This document shows positions 8,807-18,709 of a stretch of DNA of 64,000 nt, in pieces. The stretch is from an uncultured Eubacteriales bacterium (GTDB lineage: Bacteria; Bacillota; Clostridia; Oscillospirales; Oscillospiraceae): assembly GCA_900321275.1 (NCBI GenBank), contig ONVI01000013.1, positions 117-64,116 on the forward strand, in the 5' to 3' direction. The notes beneath the pieces are model-generated. The model was not told the origin of the DNA. It worked only from the letters and a program-made list of their open reading frames with translations, and ran no database searches. The translations under genes were made by a program, and so were the position numbers. The first letter of the stretch is position 1. Each line of letters starts with the position of its first letter.

Positions 8807-9733
8807 TCAGACCTTGTCGGTGCTCTTCTCACCGAAGAGACCCGTGGGTTTGAAGACCAGAATGATAATCAGCAGCACAAAGGTGAAGGCGTCCGAAAAG
8901 GTCGCCAGACCGATCTGCTCGTCGATGACGCCGTTGACGATGAGAATGGTGTCGAGACCCTTGATGATGCTCTCGGCAATACCGATGATGAACGCGCCGA
9001 TAACCGCGCCGGGAATCGAACCGATACCGCCGAACACCGCCGCGACAAAGGCCTTCAGACCGGGCATGGCGCCGGAGGTGGGCACCACGCCGGGGTAGTT
9101 CGTAAAGAACAGAATTGAACCGACGGCGGCAAGGAAGGTGCCGATGATAAAGGTGGCGGAGATGACGCGGTTGATCTGAATGCCCATGAGCTGCGAGGTT
9201 TCAAAGTCACGGGAAACAGCGCGCATTGCCATGCCGATCTTGGTGTGATTGATAAGCTGCACAAGCAGAAAAACCAGAATGATCGTCAAAAAGGGCGTAA
9301 TAACCGTGACCCTTGAGGTCTCCATCCCGAAAATGCTGATCCGGTCGGAGATCCAGGGGATCGCGGGATAGTTTTTGTTCAGGCCGCCGGTGATGTAGAG
9401 CGCGAGATTCTGGAGCAGATAACTCACGCCAATGGCGGAGATCATGACGGACATGCGCGGCGCGGTGCGCAGCGGCTTGTAGGCAACGCGCTCAATCGTA
9501 AAGCCGAGCAGAACCGTCAGGATGATGACGAGAGGAATCGCGAGATAAAGCGGCAGGGATGCCGCGAGATAGACCATCATAAGGCCCGCCACCATAAACA
9601 CATCGCCGTGGGCGAAGTTGATGAGACGGAGAATGCCGTATACCATGGTATAGCCGATGGCGATCAGCGCGTACTGGCCGCCTACCGAGATACCGGAAAT
9701 GATATAGGGCAGGGTTGTTTTCAGAACATCCAT
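8807..9733 (-). CDS. livH: Branched-chain amino acid ABC transporter permease
   Basis: Start moved to MDVLKTTLPYIISG (ATG at 9733). The 66 upstream codons of the track ORF overlap the livJ 3' end and look non-coding. Confidence 0.9.
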   Translation of the reverse strand: MDVLKTTLPYIISGISVGGQYALIAIGYTMVYGILRLINFAHGDVFMVAGLMMVYLAASLPLYLAIPLVIILTVLLGFTIERVAYKPLRTAPRMSVMISAIGVSYLLQNLALYITGGLNKNYPAIPWISDRISIFGMETSRVTVITPFLTIILVFLLVQLINHTKIGMAMRAVSRDFETSQLMGIQINRVISATFIIGTFLAAVGSILFFTNYPGVVPTSGAMPGLKAFVAAVFGGIGSIPGAVIGAFIIGIAESIIKGLDTILIVNGVIDEQIGLATFSDAFTFVLLIIILVFKPTGLFGEKSTDKV

Positions 9734-9830
9734 AAACAGCTTTCCTTCCTGCGGGAAATATCCGGAGATATACGCATTGCTGGCGGGAGCTGTGGCTCCC
9801 GCCAGCAAAGAATTTGTCTTATTCGGAAAC

Positions 9831-10994
9831 TCAGCCGACGGTAGCCACGGAGACGAAGTCCCAAACGCCAAGCTCGGTGTTGCACTGCTTGACGAAGGCG
9901 CTGTCGCGCAGAGCGTCGCCGATGTCGTCAAAGGCGATGGCGCCGGTCACGCCCTCATACTTGACGGAGGGCAGAACCTCAAGCACGTCGGCGGGATCGG
10001 TGGAGCCCGCGGCCTTCAGAGCCTCGAGGGCGACATAGTAGGCGTCGTAGCCCATGACGGTGACGGCAGCCAGCTCGTCATTGCCGCCGTTGTTGGCAAG
10101 GGCGGTGGGATTGCTGTTCATCCAGCTCTTGATGCCCTGGTCGAAGTCGGGATCAGCGCCTTCCTGATAGAAGGTGGTCACGCAGATCTTGACACCGGTG
10201 CCCTTGGCGGCCTGGAGAATGACGTTGGAGTCCCAGGTGTCGCCGGCAAGGATGGGCATGCCCAGCGCCTGGGTGTCAGCCTTGGCAATGATCTGGGCGG
10301 CAGCCTCGGTGGAGACGGGGGAGAAGAACACGTCGCAACCCTGGTTCTGGGCGTTGGTGATGTAGGTGGAGTAGTCGGAGGTGCCTTCCGGGAACTGCTC
10401 GTACACGCAGTTGTCCTTGCCAAAGGCGTCGATGAAGTAGTTGCAGAGACCGCCGGAGTAGTCGTCGCCCTGCTTGGCCAGGCAGTAGGCCTTGGAGGCG
10501 CCCAGCTCACTCTTGGCGAAGTTTGCCAGAACGGTGCCCTGGAAGGGATCGAGGAAGCAGATGCGGAAGTACACGTCGCAGCCCGCGGTCACCTGGGGGT
10601 TGGTGCAGGTAACGCCGATGGCGGGTACGCCGGCCGCGTCAAAGGTATCGCTGGCGGCGATGGACACGCCGGAGCCGTAGGAGCCGAGAACCACGGAGAC
10701 ACCGCTGGAGATCAGGGTCTGGGCGGCCGTGGGGGCCTTGTCGTTGGAAGAGGCGTTGTCGGCGTAGACAAGCTCCACATCATAGGTGGTGCCGTCGATC
10801 TCGACGGTCGGGGTGAGGCTGTTGGCGTACTGCATGCCCAGAACTTCCTGCTTGCCGCCGGCGCCGTTATCGCCGGACTGGGGCTCAAACACGCCGATCT
10901 TGACAACGGGGTTGTCCGCGTAAGCAACAGCGCCGAAGGAGCAGAGGGCAAATACCATGGCCAGAGCCAGGGTCAAAGACAGAAGCTTTTTCAT
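9831..10994 (-). CDS. Branched-chain amino acid ABC transporter substrate-binding protein (secreted)
   Basis: 387 aa. Signal peptide MKKLLSLTLALAMVFALCSFGAVAYA. Type-I periplasmic-binding fold pattern. First gene of the liv operon. Confidence 0.9.
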   Translation of the reverse strand: MKKLLSLTLALAMVFALCSFGAVAYADNPVVKIGVFEPQSGDNGAGGKQEVLGMQYANSLTPTVEIDGTTYDVELVYADNASSNDKAPTAAQTLISSGVSVVLGSYGSGVSIAASDTFDAAGVPAIGVTCTNPQVTAGCDVYFRICFLDPFQGTVLANFAKSELGASKAYCLAKQGDDYSGGLCNYFIDAFGKDNCVYEQFPEGTSDYSTYITNAQNQGCDVFFSPVSTEAAAQIIAKADTQALGMPILAGDTWDSNVILQAAKGTGVKICVTTFYQEGADPDFDQGIKSWMNSNPTALANNGGNDELAAVTVMGYDAYYVALEALKAAGSTDPADVLEVLPSVKYEGVTGAIAFDDIGDALRDSAFVKQCNTELGVWDFVSVATVG

Positions 10995-11120
10995 TTTATT
11001 TCCTCCCTTATAATGCGTCCGTATTTCAAGGACAACTGTCCTTGATTTAACATATGCTTATTATGTACTTTATGAAGCTAAATTGCAATTGTGGATTTTT
11101 TGAAAAAAATATCAGGCATT

Positions 11121-12374
11121 TTAAGTTTTTTCGTCATTTTTCACAATGGTCGGATTTCGCCGCCAGTCCGCGTCCGGATGCATCCCGGCTCGTGACCTTT
11201 GGCCAAGGCTGTAAAGATTGTGGGCGTCCGCGCCGAGAGTGAAAATTCTCTCGGCCCTGCCGCCGAGAGCGCGCACAGCGGCAGGCTTTGTCAGGACGGG
11301 GATCGGGCTGTCCGCACCGCGTTCCCGCAAAAGCGCCCTCCCCTTCTCGTCTGCCGCAAGGACGCGGAGACAGGGCGGCACCCCCTTTGTGTCTTCTGCA
11401 CAAAGGCCGAGGGCCGCGCAGTACAGCATCCGCCGCATACGGGCGGCGGTCAGACGCTTGGAGCTTGCCGCGGCGATGATCTGATCTGTTCCGCCGCCAT
11501 TCAGCAAAGCTTTGAATAGCCTTCGTCCCGCGCCGCCGCCCGCATCCGGGAGCCGGTCAAACGCCTCGGGCTTCACGAAATATAGGCGAGACAGCAGCGC
11601 TGTCTCCAGCAGGCGGTCATCCCGGATCTTTCCGGCCTCCATCGCGCTGCGGTATACCGCCATCGCCTCCGCCGGGATATACGGCGCCGGGTCTGTTCCG
11701 CCAAGGATCATCTCCCTGAGCTGCATGGCTGAGCAGAACGCGCCCTCTCCCCTGCTGTCGTGTCCTCCGTCCTCTCTTCGGACAATCAGCGGCTTCATGT
11801 CGGCGCCGCTTATTTTGATTGCCTTCAAATACTCCACGCCGAGGATGTCATTCGGGCTGTTCAAAAACAAAGCCGCATCCCCCAGCGCTTCCTGAGCGGA
11901 GATCTGCCTGGCGCGCGCAAAGGAGAGCGAGGCGTCCGCTCCCATGCGGCGGCGAATATCTGTGAGTGCGTCGCTTGAGAGCAGATACGCGGCCAGTTTC
12001 CTAAGCGTCTCCCCATCCCCGCTCTCGCTGCCGAAGGCGAGGTACTCGCAGCCCAGCGCCGTCAACATGGCAACAGCGCCCGAAGCGAAGCCCTCCGCGG
12101 AACTGAGGCACCATGGCAGCGGGAGCTCGAGCACCAGATCGGCCCCGGCGCGGCAGGCGGCCTCGGCGCGGGTAAACTTATCGAAAAGCGCAGCCTCGCC
12201 CCGCTGGACGAAGTCGCCGCTCATGGCACAGACCACCGCCGCATCGCTGCCAAGTCTGTCCCGGCACGTTTCGATCAGATATTGATGCCCCCGGTGAAAG
12301 GGATTGTATTCACAGACAATGCCGACCGCCCGCAACGTATGCACACTCCTTAAAAAAACCTTGCTTTTTCCCAT
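11121..12374 (-). CDS. tmcAL: tRNA(Met) cytidine acetate ligase (UPF0348/YlbM family nucleotidyltransferase)
   Basis: 417 aa with N-terminal 'VCEYNPFHRGHQYLIE' HxGH motif. Confidence 0.85.
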   Translation of the reverse strand: MGKSKVFLRSVHTLRAVGIVCEYNPFHRGHQYLIETCRDRLGSDAAVVCAMSGDFVQRGEAALFDKFTRAEAACRAGADLVLELPLPWCLSSAEGFASGAVAMLTALGCEYLAFGSESGDGETLRKLAAYLLSSDALTDIRRRMGADASLSFARARQISAQEALGDAALFLNSPNDILGVEYLKAIKISGADMKPLIVRREDGGHDSRGEGAFCSAMQLREMILGGTDPAPYIPAEAMAVYRSAMEAGKIRDDRLLETALLSRLYFVKPEAFDRLPDAGGGAGRRLFKALLNGGGTDQIIAAASSKRLTAARMRRMLYCAALGLCAEDTKGVPPCLRVLAADEKGRALLRERGADSPIPVLTKPAAVRALGGRAERIFTLGADAHNLYSLGQRSRAGMHPDADWRRNPTIVKNDEKT

Positions 12375-12446
12375 AAATGTATTAGAATAGGCACAGGCAT
12401 ATTTTAATCAACAAGCGCGTCAATTACAATAGAAAGGGAAGAAAAC

Positions 12447-13643
12447 ATGAAAATTTTAGTTATCAATGCCGGCAGCTCCTCTCTGAAGTATCAGCTCATC
12501 GACATGGAGACCGAGCAGGTCATGGCCAAGGGCCTCTGCGAGAGAATTGGGATCGACGGCCACCTCAAGCACACCCCCCTGGTCGGCGGCAAGCCCGTCT
12601 TCAACGAGGATGTCCCCATGCCCACCCACTCCGAGGCAATCGCCGCGGTCATTGAGAAGCTCACCAGCCCCGAATACGGCGTTGTCGGCTCCATGAAGGA
12701 GATCGACGCCGTCGGCCACCGCGTCGTCCACGGCGGCGAGAAGTTCGCAAAATCCGTGAAGATCGACGCCGACGTTATGGCCGCCATTGAAGCATGCATC
12801 CCCTTCGCGCCCCTGCACAACCCCGCCAACATCACCGGTATCAAGGCCTGCCGCGACGTCATGGGCGACGTGCCGATGGTCGCCGTGTTCGACACTGCCT
12901 TCCATCAGACCATGCCCGGCAAGGCATACATGTACGCTGTCCCCTACGAGTACTACAAAAACGACGGCATCCGCCGCTACGGTTTCCATGGCACCTCCCA
13001 CCTCTATGTCTCCGGCCGCTGCGCGGAGCTGATGGGCAAGCCCATTGAAGAGCTCAAGCTCATCTCCTGCCACATGGGCAACGGCTCCTCCATCTGTGCC
13101 ATCGACGGCGGCAAGTGCGTGGACACCTCCATGGGCTTCACGCCTCTGGTCGGTCTGCCCATGGGCACGCGCTGCGGCGATCTCGACGCGGGCGTCATCC
13201 AGTTTATCATGAAAAAGTACGGCTTCACCATCGACGAGATGCTGAACATCCTCAATAAGAAGTCCGGCGTGCTGGGCGTCTCCGGCGTGTCCTCCGACTT
13301 CCGTGATCTGTCCGCCGCCGCCGAACAGGGCAATGAGCGCGCACAGCTCGCCCTTGACATGTTCGCCTACTGGGTCGCCAAGGTTGCGGGCTCCTACGTC
13401 GCCGCGATGAACGGCGTCGACGCCATCATTTTCACCGCAGGCGTCGGCGAGAACGACAGCGATACCCGCGCCGCCATCGTCAAGTACTTCGGCTACCTCG
13501 GCGTCAAACTCGACAAAGAAGCCAATTCCAAGCGCGGCCAGGATATCATGATCTCCACACCCGATTCCAAGGTCAAGGTCTTCGTCATCCCCACGAACGA
13601 GGAACTTGTCATTGCGCGCGACACCAAGGCCATCGTCGGCTGA
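12447..13643 (+). CDS. ackA: Acetate kinase
   Basis: 398 aa. 'MKILVINAGSSSLKYQL', 'HRVVHGG', 'FDTAFHQTMP', 'PTNEELVIA'. Confidence 0.98.
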   Translation: MKILVINAGSSSLKYQLIDMETEQVMAKGLCERIGIDGHLKHTPLVGGKPVFNEDVPMPTHSEAIAAVIEKLTSPEYGVVGSMKEIDAVGHRVVHGGEKFAKSVKIDADVMAAIEACIPFAPLHNPANITGIKACRDVMGDVPMVAVFDTAFHQTMPGKAYMYAVPYEYYKNDGIRRYGFHGTSHLYVSGRCAELMGKPIEELKLISCHMGNGSSICAIDGGKCVDTSMGFTPLVGLPMGTRCGDLDAGVIQFIMKKYGFTIDEMLNILNKKSGVLGVSGVSSDFRDLSAAAEQGNERAQLALDMFAYWVAKVAGSYVAAMNGVDAIIFTAGVGENDSDTRAAIVKYFGYLGVKLDKEANSKRGQDIMISTPDSKVKVFVIPTNEELVIARDTKAIVG

Positions 13644-13658
13644 TTCTTCCAAAGCTAT

Positions 13659-13688
13659 AAGGCCGCACCAAACCGGTGCGGCCTTTTT
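13659..13688 (+). terminator. Rho-independent terminator of ackA
   Basis: AAGGCCGCACC-AAA-CCGGTGCGGCCTT followed by TTTT. Confidence 0.8.
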
Positions 13689-13712
13689 GAAAAAATGACA
13701 GGAGGTTTCACA

Positions 13713-14645
13713 ATGCCTGCTTTTGAGGATTTCTATTTTGAATCCAGCACCGGCTGCAACACGATCCGGGCACTCAAATGCGTCCCCGACGGGAAGGCGA
13801 AGGCTGTGGTTCAGATCGCCCACGGCATTGCCGAGCATATCGACCGCTACCGCGATTTCATGGCTTTCCTCGCCGAAAACGGCTATGCTGCCGTTGGCGA
13901 CGATCACCTCGGCCACGGCAAAACCATCCGCGATCACAGTGAGCAGGGCTTTTTCGCCGAGAAGGACGGCTGGGATCACGTTGTCGCGGACATGGACAAG
14001 CTGCACGACATGATGAAGGAGCAATACCCCGACATTCCCTATGTCTTCTTCGGTCACAGCATGGGCAGCTTTCTGACCCGTACCTACCTCATCAAGCACC
14101 CCGACAAATATGACGCCGCTGTTATCAGCGGTACCGGCCATCAGCCAAGGCTCATGGTTCTCGGCGGATACGCGGCGGCGTGCCTGTTTGTCAAACTCCA
14201 GGGCGCGCGCACTGTCGGCACAACGCTCAACGACATTGCTTTCGGCTCTTACAACAAGGGCTATAAGAACCCCCGCACGATCTACGATTGGCTCAGCCGT
14301 GATCCCGCGGTCGTCGACGCCTATGCCGCCGATCCTCTCTGCGGTTTCATCGCCACAAACGGTCTGTTCCGCGATATGATGGGCGGCATCAAATTCATCA
14401 CCGATCAGCAGAATATTGAGATGATGAACAAGGAAAAGCCCATCTACTTCATGTCCGGCGACGCAGACCCCGTGGGTGAAAACGGAAAGGGCGTGACCCG
14501 TGCCTACGACGCCTTTTGCAGGGCAGGGCTCCATGACGTGACGCTCCGCCTCTACCCCGGCGGACGGCACGAGATGCTCAACGAGCTCAACAAGGACGTT
14601 GTGTACAAGGATATCCTGAACTGGCTCAACGAGAAGCTTGGATGA
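13713..14645 (+). CDS. Alpha/beta hydrolase (lysophospholipase / monoacylglycerol-lipase-like)
   Basis: 'GHSMGS' nucleophile elbow and 'HGIAEH' oxyanion region. Start set to the ATG at 13713, preceded by AGGAGG. Confidence 0.8.
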   Translation: MPAFEDFYFESSTGCNTIRALKCVPDGKAKAVVQIAHGIAEHIDRYRDFMAFLAENGYAAVGDDHLGHGKTIRDHSEQGFFAEKDGWDHVVADMDKLHDMMKEQYPDIPYVFFGHSMGSFLTRTYLIKHPDKYDAAVISGTGHQPRLMVLGGYAAACLFVKLQGARTVGTTLNDIAFGSYNKGYKNPRTIYDWLSRDPAVVDAYAADPLCGFIATNGLFRDMMGGIKFITDQQNIEMMNKEKPIYFMSGDADPVGENGKGVTRAYDAFCRAGLHDVTLRLYPGGRHEMLNELNKDVVYKDILNWLNEKLG

Positions 14646-14656
14646 TTCTCCCGAAA

Positions 14657-14690
14657 TAAAAGATACCCGCCAGATGGCGGGTATCTTTTT
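14657..14690. terminator. Bidirectional hairpin terminator between convergent genes
   Basis: AAAAGATACCCGCC-AGAT-GGCGGGTATCTTTT, with an A-run and a T-run flanking the stem. Confidence 0.8.
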
Positions 14691-14703
14691 AATTTGAATG
14701 AAA

Positions 14704-16767
14704 TTACTCCTCAACCTCGGGGGCGATGCCGGAAGCAACGCCGTCAGCGGAGACCTCATAAACGAGGGCGTCCTCCTCAGCCTCGGCGGGCGCTTCCTCA
14801 AAAGCCTCTTCCTCAGCCTCGGCGGCCTTGACGGGCGCGGGCTCGGACAGGGCGCGGATGGAGAGGGAAATCTTGTGCTTCTCCTCGTCGATGGCGGTGA
14901 TCTTGGCCTCGACCTCGTCGCCGACGTTCAGCACGTCTTCGGGCTTGCCGATGCGGCGGTTTGCGATCTGGGAGATGTGGATCAGGCCGTCAACGCCGGG
15001 CAGAACTTCGGCAAAGGCGCCGAAGGGCATGAGCTTGACGATCTTGACGTTGGCCACGTCGCCGACCTGGTAGCGGCTGGTGAACTGGGTCCAGGGGTTG
15101 CCGTCGGGATCCTTGTAGCCGAGGGAGATCTTGCGCTTTTCCTTGTCGAAGGAGATGACGTAGACGTCGATTTCATCGCCGACGGAGACGACCTCGGAGG
15201 GCTGGTGGATGCGGCCCCAGCTCAGCTCGGACACATGAACCATGCCGTCGATGCCGCCGATATCAACAAAGGCGCCATAGCTGGTGAGGGACTTCACCAC
15301 GCCGTGATACTTCTTGCCGACCTCGATCTCGTTCCAGATGCTCTCGATGCGCTCACGGCGCTCGGCCTGGGCGACGCGGCGGATGGAGCCGACGACGCGC
15401 TTGCGGGGCTTGTTGACCTCGGTAATCTTGAGGCGGACGGGCTTCTTGAGAAGCTGGCTGAGCTCGGCGTCGCGGGGCAGATCAGTCTGGGAAGCGGGGA
15501 CGAACACGCGCACGCCCTTGACGTTGACGACAACGCCGCCCTTATTTTCCTCGGTGACAATGCCCTCAAGGATCGCGCCGTTCTCAACAGCCTCTTCGAT
15601 GTCGTTCCACATCTTGGCGGCGTCAAGGCGCTTCTTGGAGAGCATTGCGGTGCCCTCCACATCGTTGACGCGGACAACAACGGCCTCGATGGTGTCGCCG
15701 ACCTTGACAACATCTTCGACTTTGATGCCGTCGTCGGTGAACTCGGACGTGGGGATGAAGCCGGAATACTTGGTACCGAGGTCAACGCTGATCTCAGTGC
15801 CGGTAATCGCGACCACAAGGCCGGTCACCTTATCTCCATTATATATAGTTTTCAGAGAATCCTCCAACATTTCGTCAAAAGACATCTCTTTTTCAGCTGT
15901 GGTTTCTTCAACTTTGATCTCGTCACTCATTTTGTTTCTTACCTCCTTAATTATCCACGCAGGGGTCGAGGCGCCGGCGGTGAGGCCCACTGTGTCTGCG
16001 GCCTCAAGCCTGTCCATCTCAAGCTCTTCCGATCTCTCAATGAACTGCACGTTCGAGCAATGCTCCGCGCAGATCTGCGCCAGATGCACGCTGTTCGCGC
16101 TGTGCTTTCCGCCTATGACGACCATTGCGTCACACTCCGAAGCGATTCTCGCTGCTTCCTCTTGCCGCGTGGACGTAGCAAGGCATATTGTATCAGATAT
16201 TTTCGCATTTGTACATCTTTTTTTTATGAAGTCGCAACATTCGGTAAAATTACTGTGCGTCTGCGTGGTCTGCGCCACTACAGTTATAGGTTTTTCCCAA
16301 GGATTGGGCTTGTTTTTCAGCCATTTTTCGACTTCTTGCACATTTTCGCACACCTCATGTTCACCGCACCAGCCGCAGATTGCCGTAACCTCGGGATGGG
16401 CGGGCATGCCGATCACGACGATGAAGCGCCCTTCGTCCTTCGCCTCGGCAACGATTTTGTGGATGGCGCGCACCTTGGGGCAGGTCGCGTCAATGATTTC
16501 GGCCCCGGCGGCGGTGAGCGCCTCATAGATCTCCGGCGCGGCCCCATGGGCGCGGACAAGCACGCGCTCCCCCGCCGTGAGGTCCTTGGGACTCTCCACG
16601 ACGCGCATGCCCTTCGCCTTGAGCCAGCCGATCACATCTTCGTTGTGAATAAGCTCCCCCAGACTTGCGCAGCTTCCGTATTCCTCCAGAAGCTTCGCTG
16701 CCATATCCACCGAACGCCGCACGCCGAAGCAGAAGCCCGCGCTGTCCGCGACGATAAGCCTTTTCAT
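14704..16767 (-). CDS. ispH: Bifunctional 4-hydroxy-3-methylbut-2-enyl diphosphate reductase / ribosomal protein S1 fusion
   Basis: N-terminal IspH (MKRLIVADSAGFCFGVRRSV, three conserved Cys regions) followed by four S1 repeats. Start at the ATG overlapping the cmk stop (ATGA). Confidence 0.92.
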   Translation of the reverse strand: MKRLIVADSAGFCFGVRRSVDMAAKLLEEYGSCASLGELIHNEDVIGWLKAKGMRVVESPKDLTAGERVLVRAHGAAPEIYEALTAAGAEIIDATCPKVRAIHKIVAEAKDEGRFIVVIGMPAHPEVTAICGWCGEHEVCENVQEVEKWLKNKPNPWEKPITVVAQTTQTHSNFTECCDFIKKRCTNAKISDTICLATSTRQEEAARIASECDAMVVIGGKHSANSVHLAQICAEHCSNVQFIERSEELEMDRLEAADTVGLTAGASTPAWIIKEVRNKMSDEIKVEETTAEKEMSFDEMLEDSLKTIYNGDKVTGLVVAITGTEISVDLGTKYSGFIPTSEFTDDGIKVEDVVKVGDTIEAVVVRVNDVEGTAMLSKKRLDAAKMWNDIEEAVENGAILEGIVTEENKGGVVVNVKGVRVFVPASQTDLPRDAELSQLLKKPVRLKITEVNKPRKRVVGSIRRVAQAERRERIESIWNEIEVGKKYHGVVKSLTSYGAFVDIGGIDGMVHVSELSWGRIHQPSEVVSVGDEIDVYVISFDKEKRKISLGYKDPDGNPWTQFTSRYQVGDVANVKIVKLMPFGAFAEVLPGVDGLIHISQIANRRIGKPEDVLNVGDEVEAKITAIDEEKHKISLSIRALSEPAPVKAAEAEEEAFEEAPAEAEEDALVYEVSADGVASGIAPEVEE

Positions 16768-17462
16768 CTTGCCGCCTCCGGTTCTGCGGCGAGGCGCGTG
16801 ATCACGATGTCGCACAGCAGGGCAAAGCTCTCCTCCAGATTCAGGCCGCTTGTGTCCGCCACTATGGCGTCGTCCGCTTTTTTGAGGGGGGCGGCGGCGC
16901 GGTTCATGTCCTGCTCGTCCCGGAGCACGATGTCGCGCAGCACCTCTTCGTATGTGACGTTCTGCCCCTTCTCCAAAAGCTCTTTATACCGGCGCGCGGC
17001 GCGGGCCTCGGGGCTTGCGGTGAGGAAAATTTTCAGCTCCGCCTCCGGCAGAACCACGGTGCCGATATCGCGCCCGTCCATGATGACGTTGCTCTCGCGG
17101 GCAAATTTCCGCTGCATCTCCAGCAGGAAGCTGCGCACCTCCTGATGGGCCGAGACATCGGACGCTGCGATGGAGATCTCCGGCAGACGGATTTTCCGGG
17201 AAACGTCCTCCCCGTTGAGGAACATGCACTGCTCCCCGTTTTCGTTGTAGCGGATTGCGATATCGAGCGTCGGCAGCAGCTCCATCACGGCGGCAGCGTC
17301 CCGGCGGTCGATCCCCGCGCGCACGCACGCGAGGCCGAGCGTGCGGTAGATCGCGCCCGTGTCCACGTAGAGAAATCCGAAGGCCTTCGCCAGCATTCTG
17401 GCAAGGGTGCTCTTCCCCGCCCCGCTAGGGCCGTCGATGGCGATTGCATTATATCCGTTCAT
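16764..17462 (-). CDS. cmk: Cytidylate kinase
   Basis: 232 aa with 'IAIDGPSGAGKST'. Confidence 0.95.
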   Translation of the reverse strand: MNGYNAIAIDGPSGAGKSTLARMLAKAFGFLYVDTGAIYRTLGLACVRAGIDRRDAAAVMELLPTLDIAIRYNENGEQCMFLNGEDVSRKIRLPEISIAASDVSAHQEVRSFLLEMQRKFARESNVIMDGRDIGTVVLPEAELKIFLTASPEARAARRYKELLEKGQNVTYEEVLRDIVLRDEQDMNRAAAPLKKADDAIVADTSGLNLEESFALLCDIVITRLAAEPEAAR

Positions 17463-17480
17463 GCTTTTCTCCTTCTATAT

Positions 17481-18704
17481 TCATATAGCGTTTCCGGCAA
17501 CGAAGCCGGTCGACCACGCGACTTGCAGATTGAAGCCGCCGGTATAGGCGTCCAGATCCAGAACCTCTCCGGCAAAATAGAGGCCCTGTACCAGCTTGGA
17601 CTCCATCGTGCGGGGATTGATCTCTTTTGTGCTGACGCCGCCCGCGGTGACAATGGCCTCGTCGATGGGCCGGAAGCCCGAGACCGAGACCGGGAAAGCT
17701 TTTAATAAATGCAGGAGCTTCATGCGCTGCTCCCGGGTGATATTGTTCACCCGCGTATCTTCCGGGATTTCCGAAAGGCGGATCACGACCGGAATCATCT
17801 TGCCGCCCAGGAGATCGCCGAGGGCGTTTTTGTATTCCTTGTTCGCATACTTCTCAAAATCCCGCAAAAGCCGCGCATCCAGCTTTTTTTCATCCAAACC
17901 GGGTTTGAGGTCGATCTCCAGGCGGTAGGCGGCGCTGCCCATCTTTCCCATGTGTGCGCTCGCCGAAAGCACCAGCGGGCCGGAGACGCCGAAGTGGGTA
18001 AACAGCATCTCGCCCAGCTCTTTATAGATCAACATGCCGTTTTCAAAAGCCGAGAGCGTCACGTTTTTGAGGCTGAAGCCCTGCATCTCGGCGCAGTACG
18101 CATCATCGCTCTCCAGCGGGACAAGGGATGGACGGCGAGGCGTCACCGTATGCCCGCATTCTTCGGCGAAGCGGTAGCCCGCGCCGGTGGAGCCGGTAAG
18201 CGGATAGGAAAGCCCGCCCGTGCAGACTGCGGCAGCGCGGCAGGCGATCATGCCCCGTCCCGTCACAACACCGGTCACAGCCCCGTTTTTTGCAACGATC
18301 TGCCTGGCCTCCGTTTTCAAAACCGTCACGCCCGCCTTGCGGCAGAGATAAGCCATTGTCGCCGCCACATCGTTTGCGTTGTCGGACTGCGGGAAGACGC
18401 GGTTTCCGCGCTCGGTTTTCAGCGACAGGCCCTTCGATTCAAAAAACGCCATCGTATCGGCGGGAGAGAAGCGGTTGAGCGCGCTGTAGAGAAAGCGCCC
18501 GTCGCCGGGGATGTTGGCCATGACGGTCTTCACGTCGCAGGCGTTGGTCAGGTTGCAGCGGCCCTTGCCCGTGATGCGGAGCTTGCGGCCCAGCTTGTCG
18601 TTCGGATCGAGCAGCACGGTCTTCACCCCGCGCTCTGCCGCCTGGTATGCGCACATCATCCCCGCGGGGCCGCCGCCGATCACAACAAGGTCGGTCTGTT
18701 CCAT
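17481..18704 (-). CDS. HI0933/YhiN(BaiN)-family NAD(P)/FAD-dependent flavoprotein
   Basis: Start at MEQTDLVVIGGGPAGMMCA. The C-terminal 'AGEVLDLDAYTGGFNLQ' is typical of the family. Confidence 0.85.
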   Translation of the reverse strand: MEQTDLVVIGGGPAGMMCAYQAAERGVKTVLLDPNDKLGRKLRITGKGRCNLTNACDVKTVMANIPGDGRFLYSALNRFSPADTMAFFESKGLSLKTERGNRVFPQSDNANDVAATMAYLCRKAGVTVLKTEARQIVAKNGAVTGVVTGRGMIACRAAAVCTGGLSYPLTGSTGAGYRFAEECGHTVTPRRPSLVPLESDDAYCAEMQGFSLKNVTLSAFENGMLIYKELGEMLFTHFGVSGPLVLSASAHMGKMGSAAYRLEIDLKPGLDEKKLDARLLRDFEKYANKEYKNALGDLLGGKMIPVVIRLSEIPEDTRVNNITREQRMKLLHLLKAFPVSVSGFRPIDEAIVTAGGVSTKEINPRTMESKLVQGLYFAGEVLDLDAYTGGFNLQVAWSTGFVAGNAI

Positions 18705-18709
18705 ATGTA

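Noticed and set aside
8807-9931. Long N-terminal extensions of track ORFs: livH 9931, flavoprotein 18920, lon 27069, ispH 16815, trxB 39786, nhaC 41092, hlyIII 46409, azoR-like 53445 and ATP-grasp 59911.
   Set aside because: The extensions overlap upstream genes or repeats, are Arg/Pro/Ser-rich and lack an RBS. Internal starts with good SD sequences coincide with conserved family N-termini.
12456-14801. 781-aa ORF on the minus strand spanning ackA, a terminator and the hydrolase gene.
   Set aside because: It is antisense to two genes with unmistakable motifs and runs through an intergenic terminator. The composition is Gly/Ala/Asp/Val-rich with no motifs. This is a typical stop-codon-poor shadow frame of a high-GC3 genome.
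14698-17145. 815-aa ORF on the plus strand opposite ispH-rpsA and cmk.
   Set aside because: It is a shadow ORF. The opposite strand encodes proteins with clear catalytic motifs, and the translation is low-complexity (GDLG.., runs of S/T/R).
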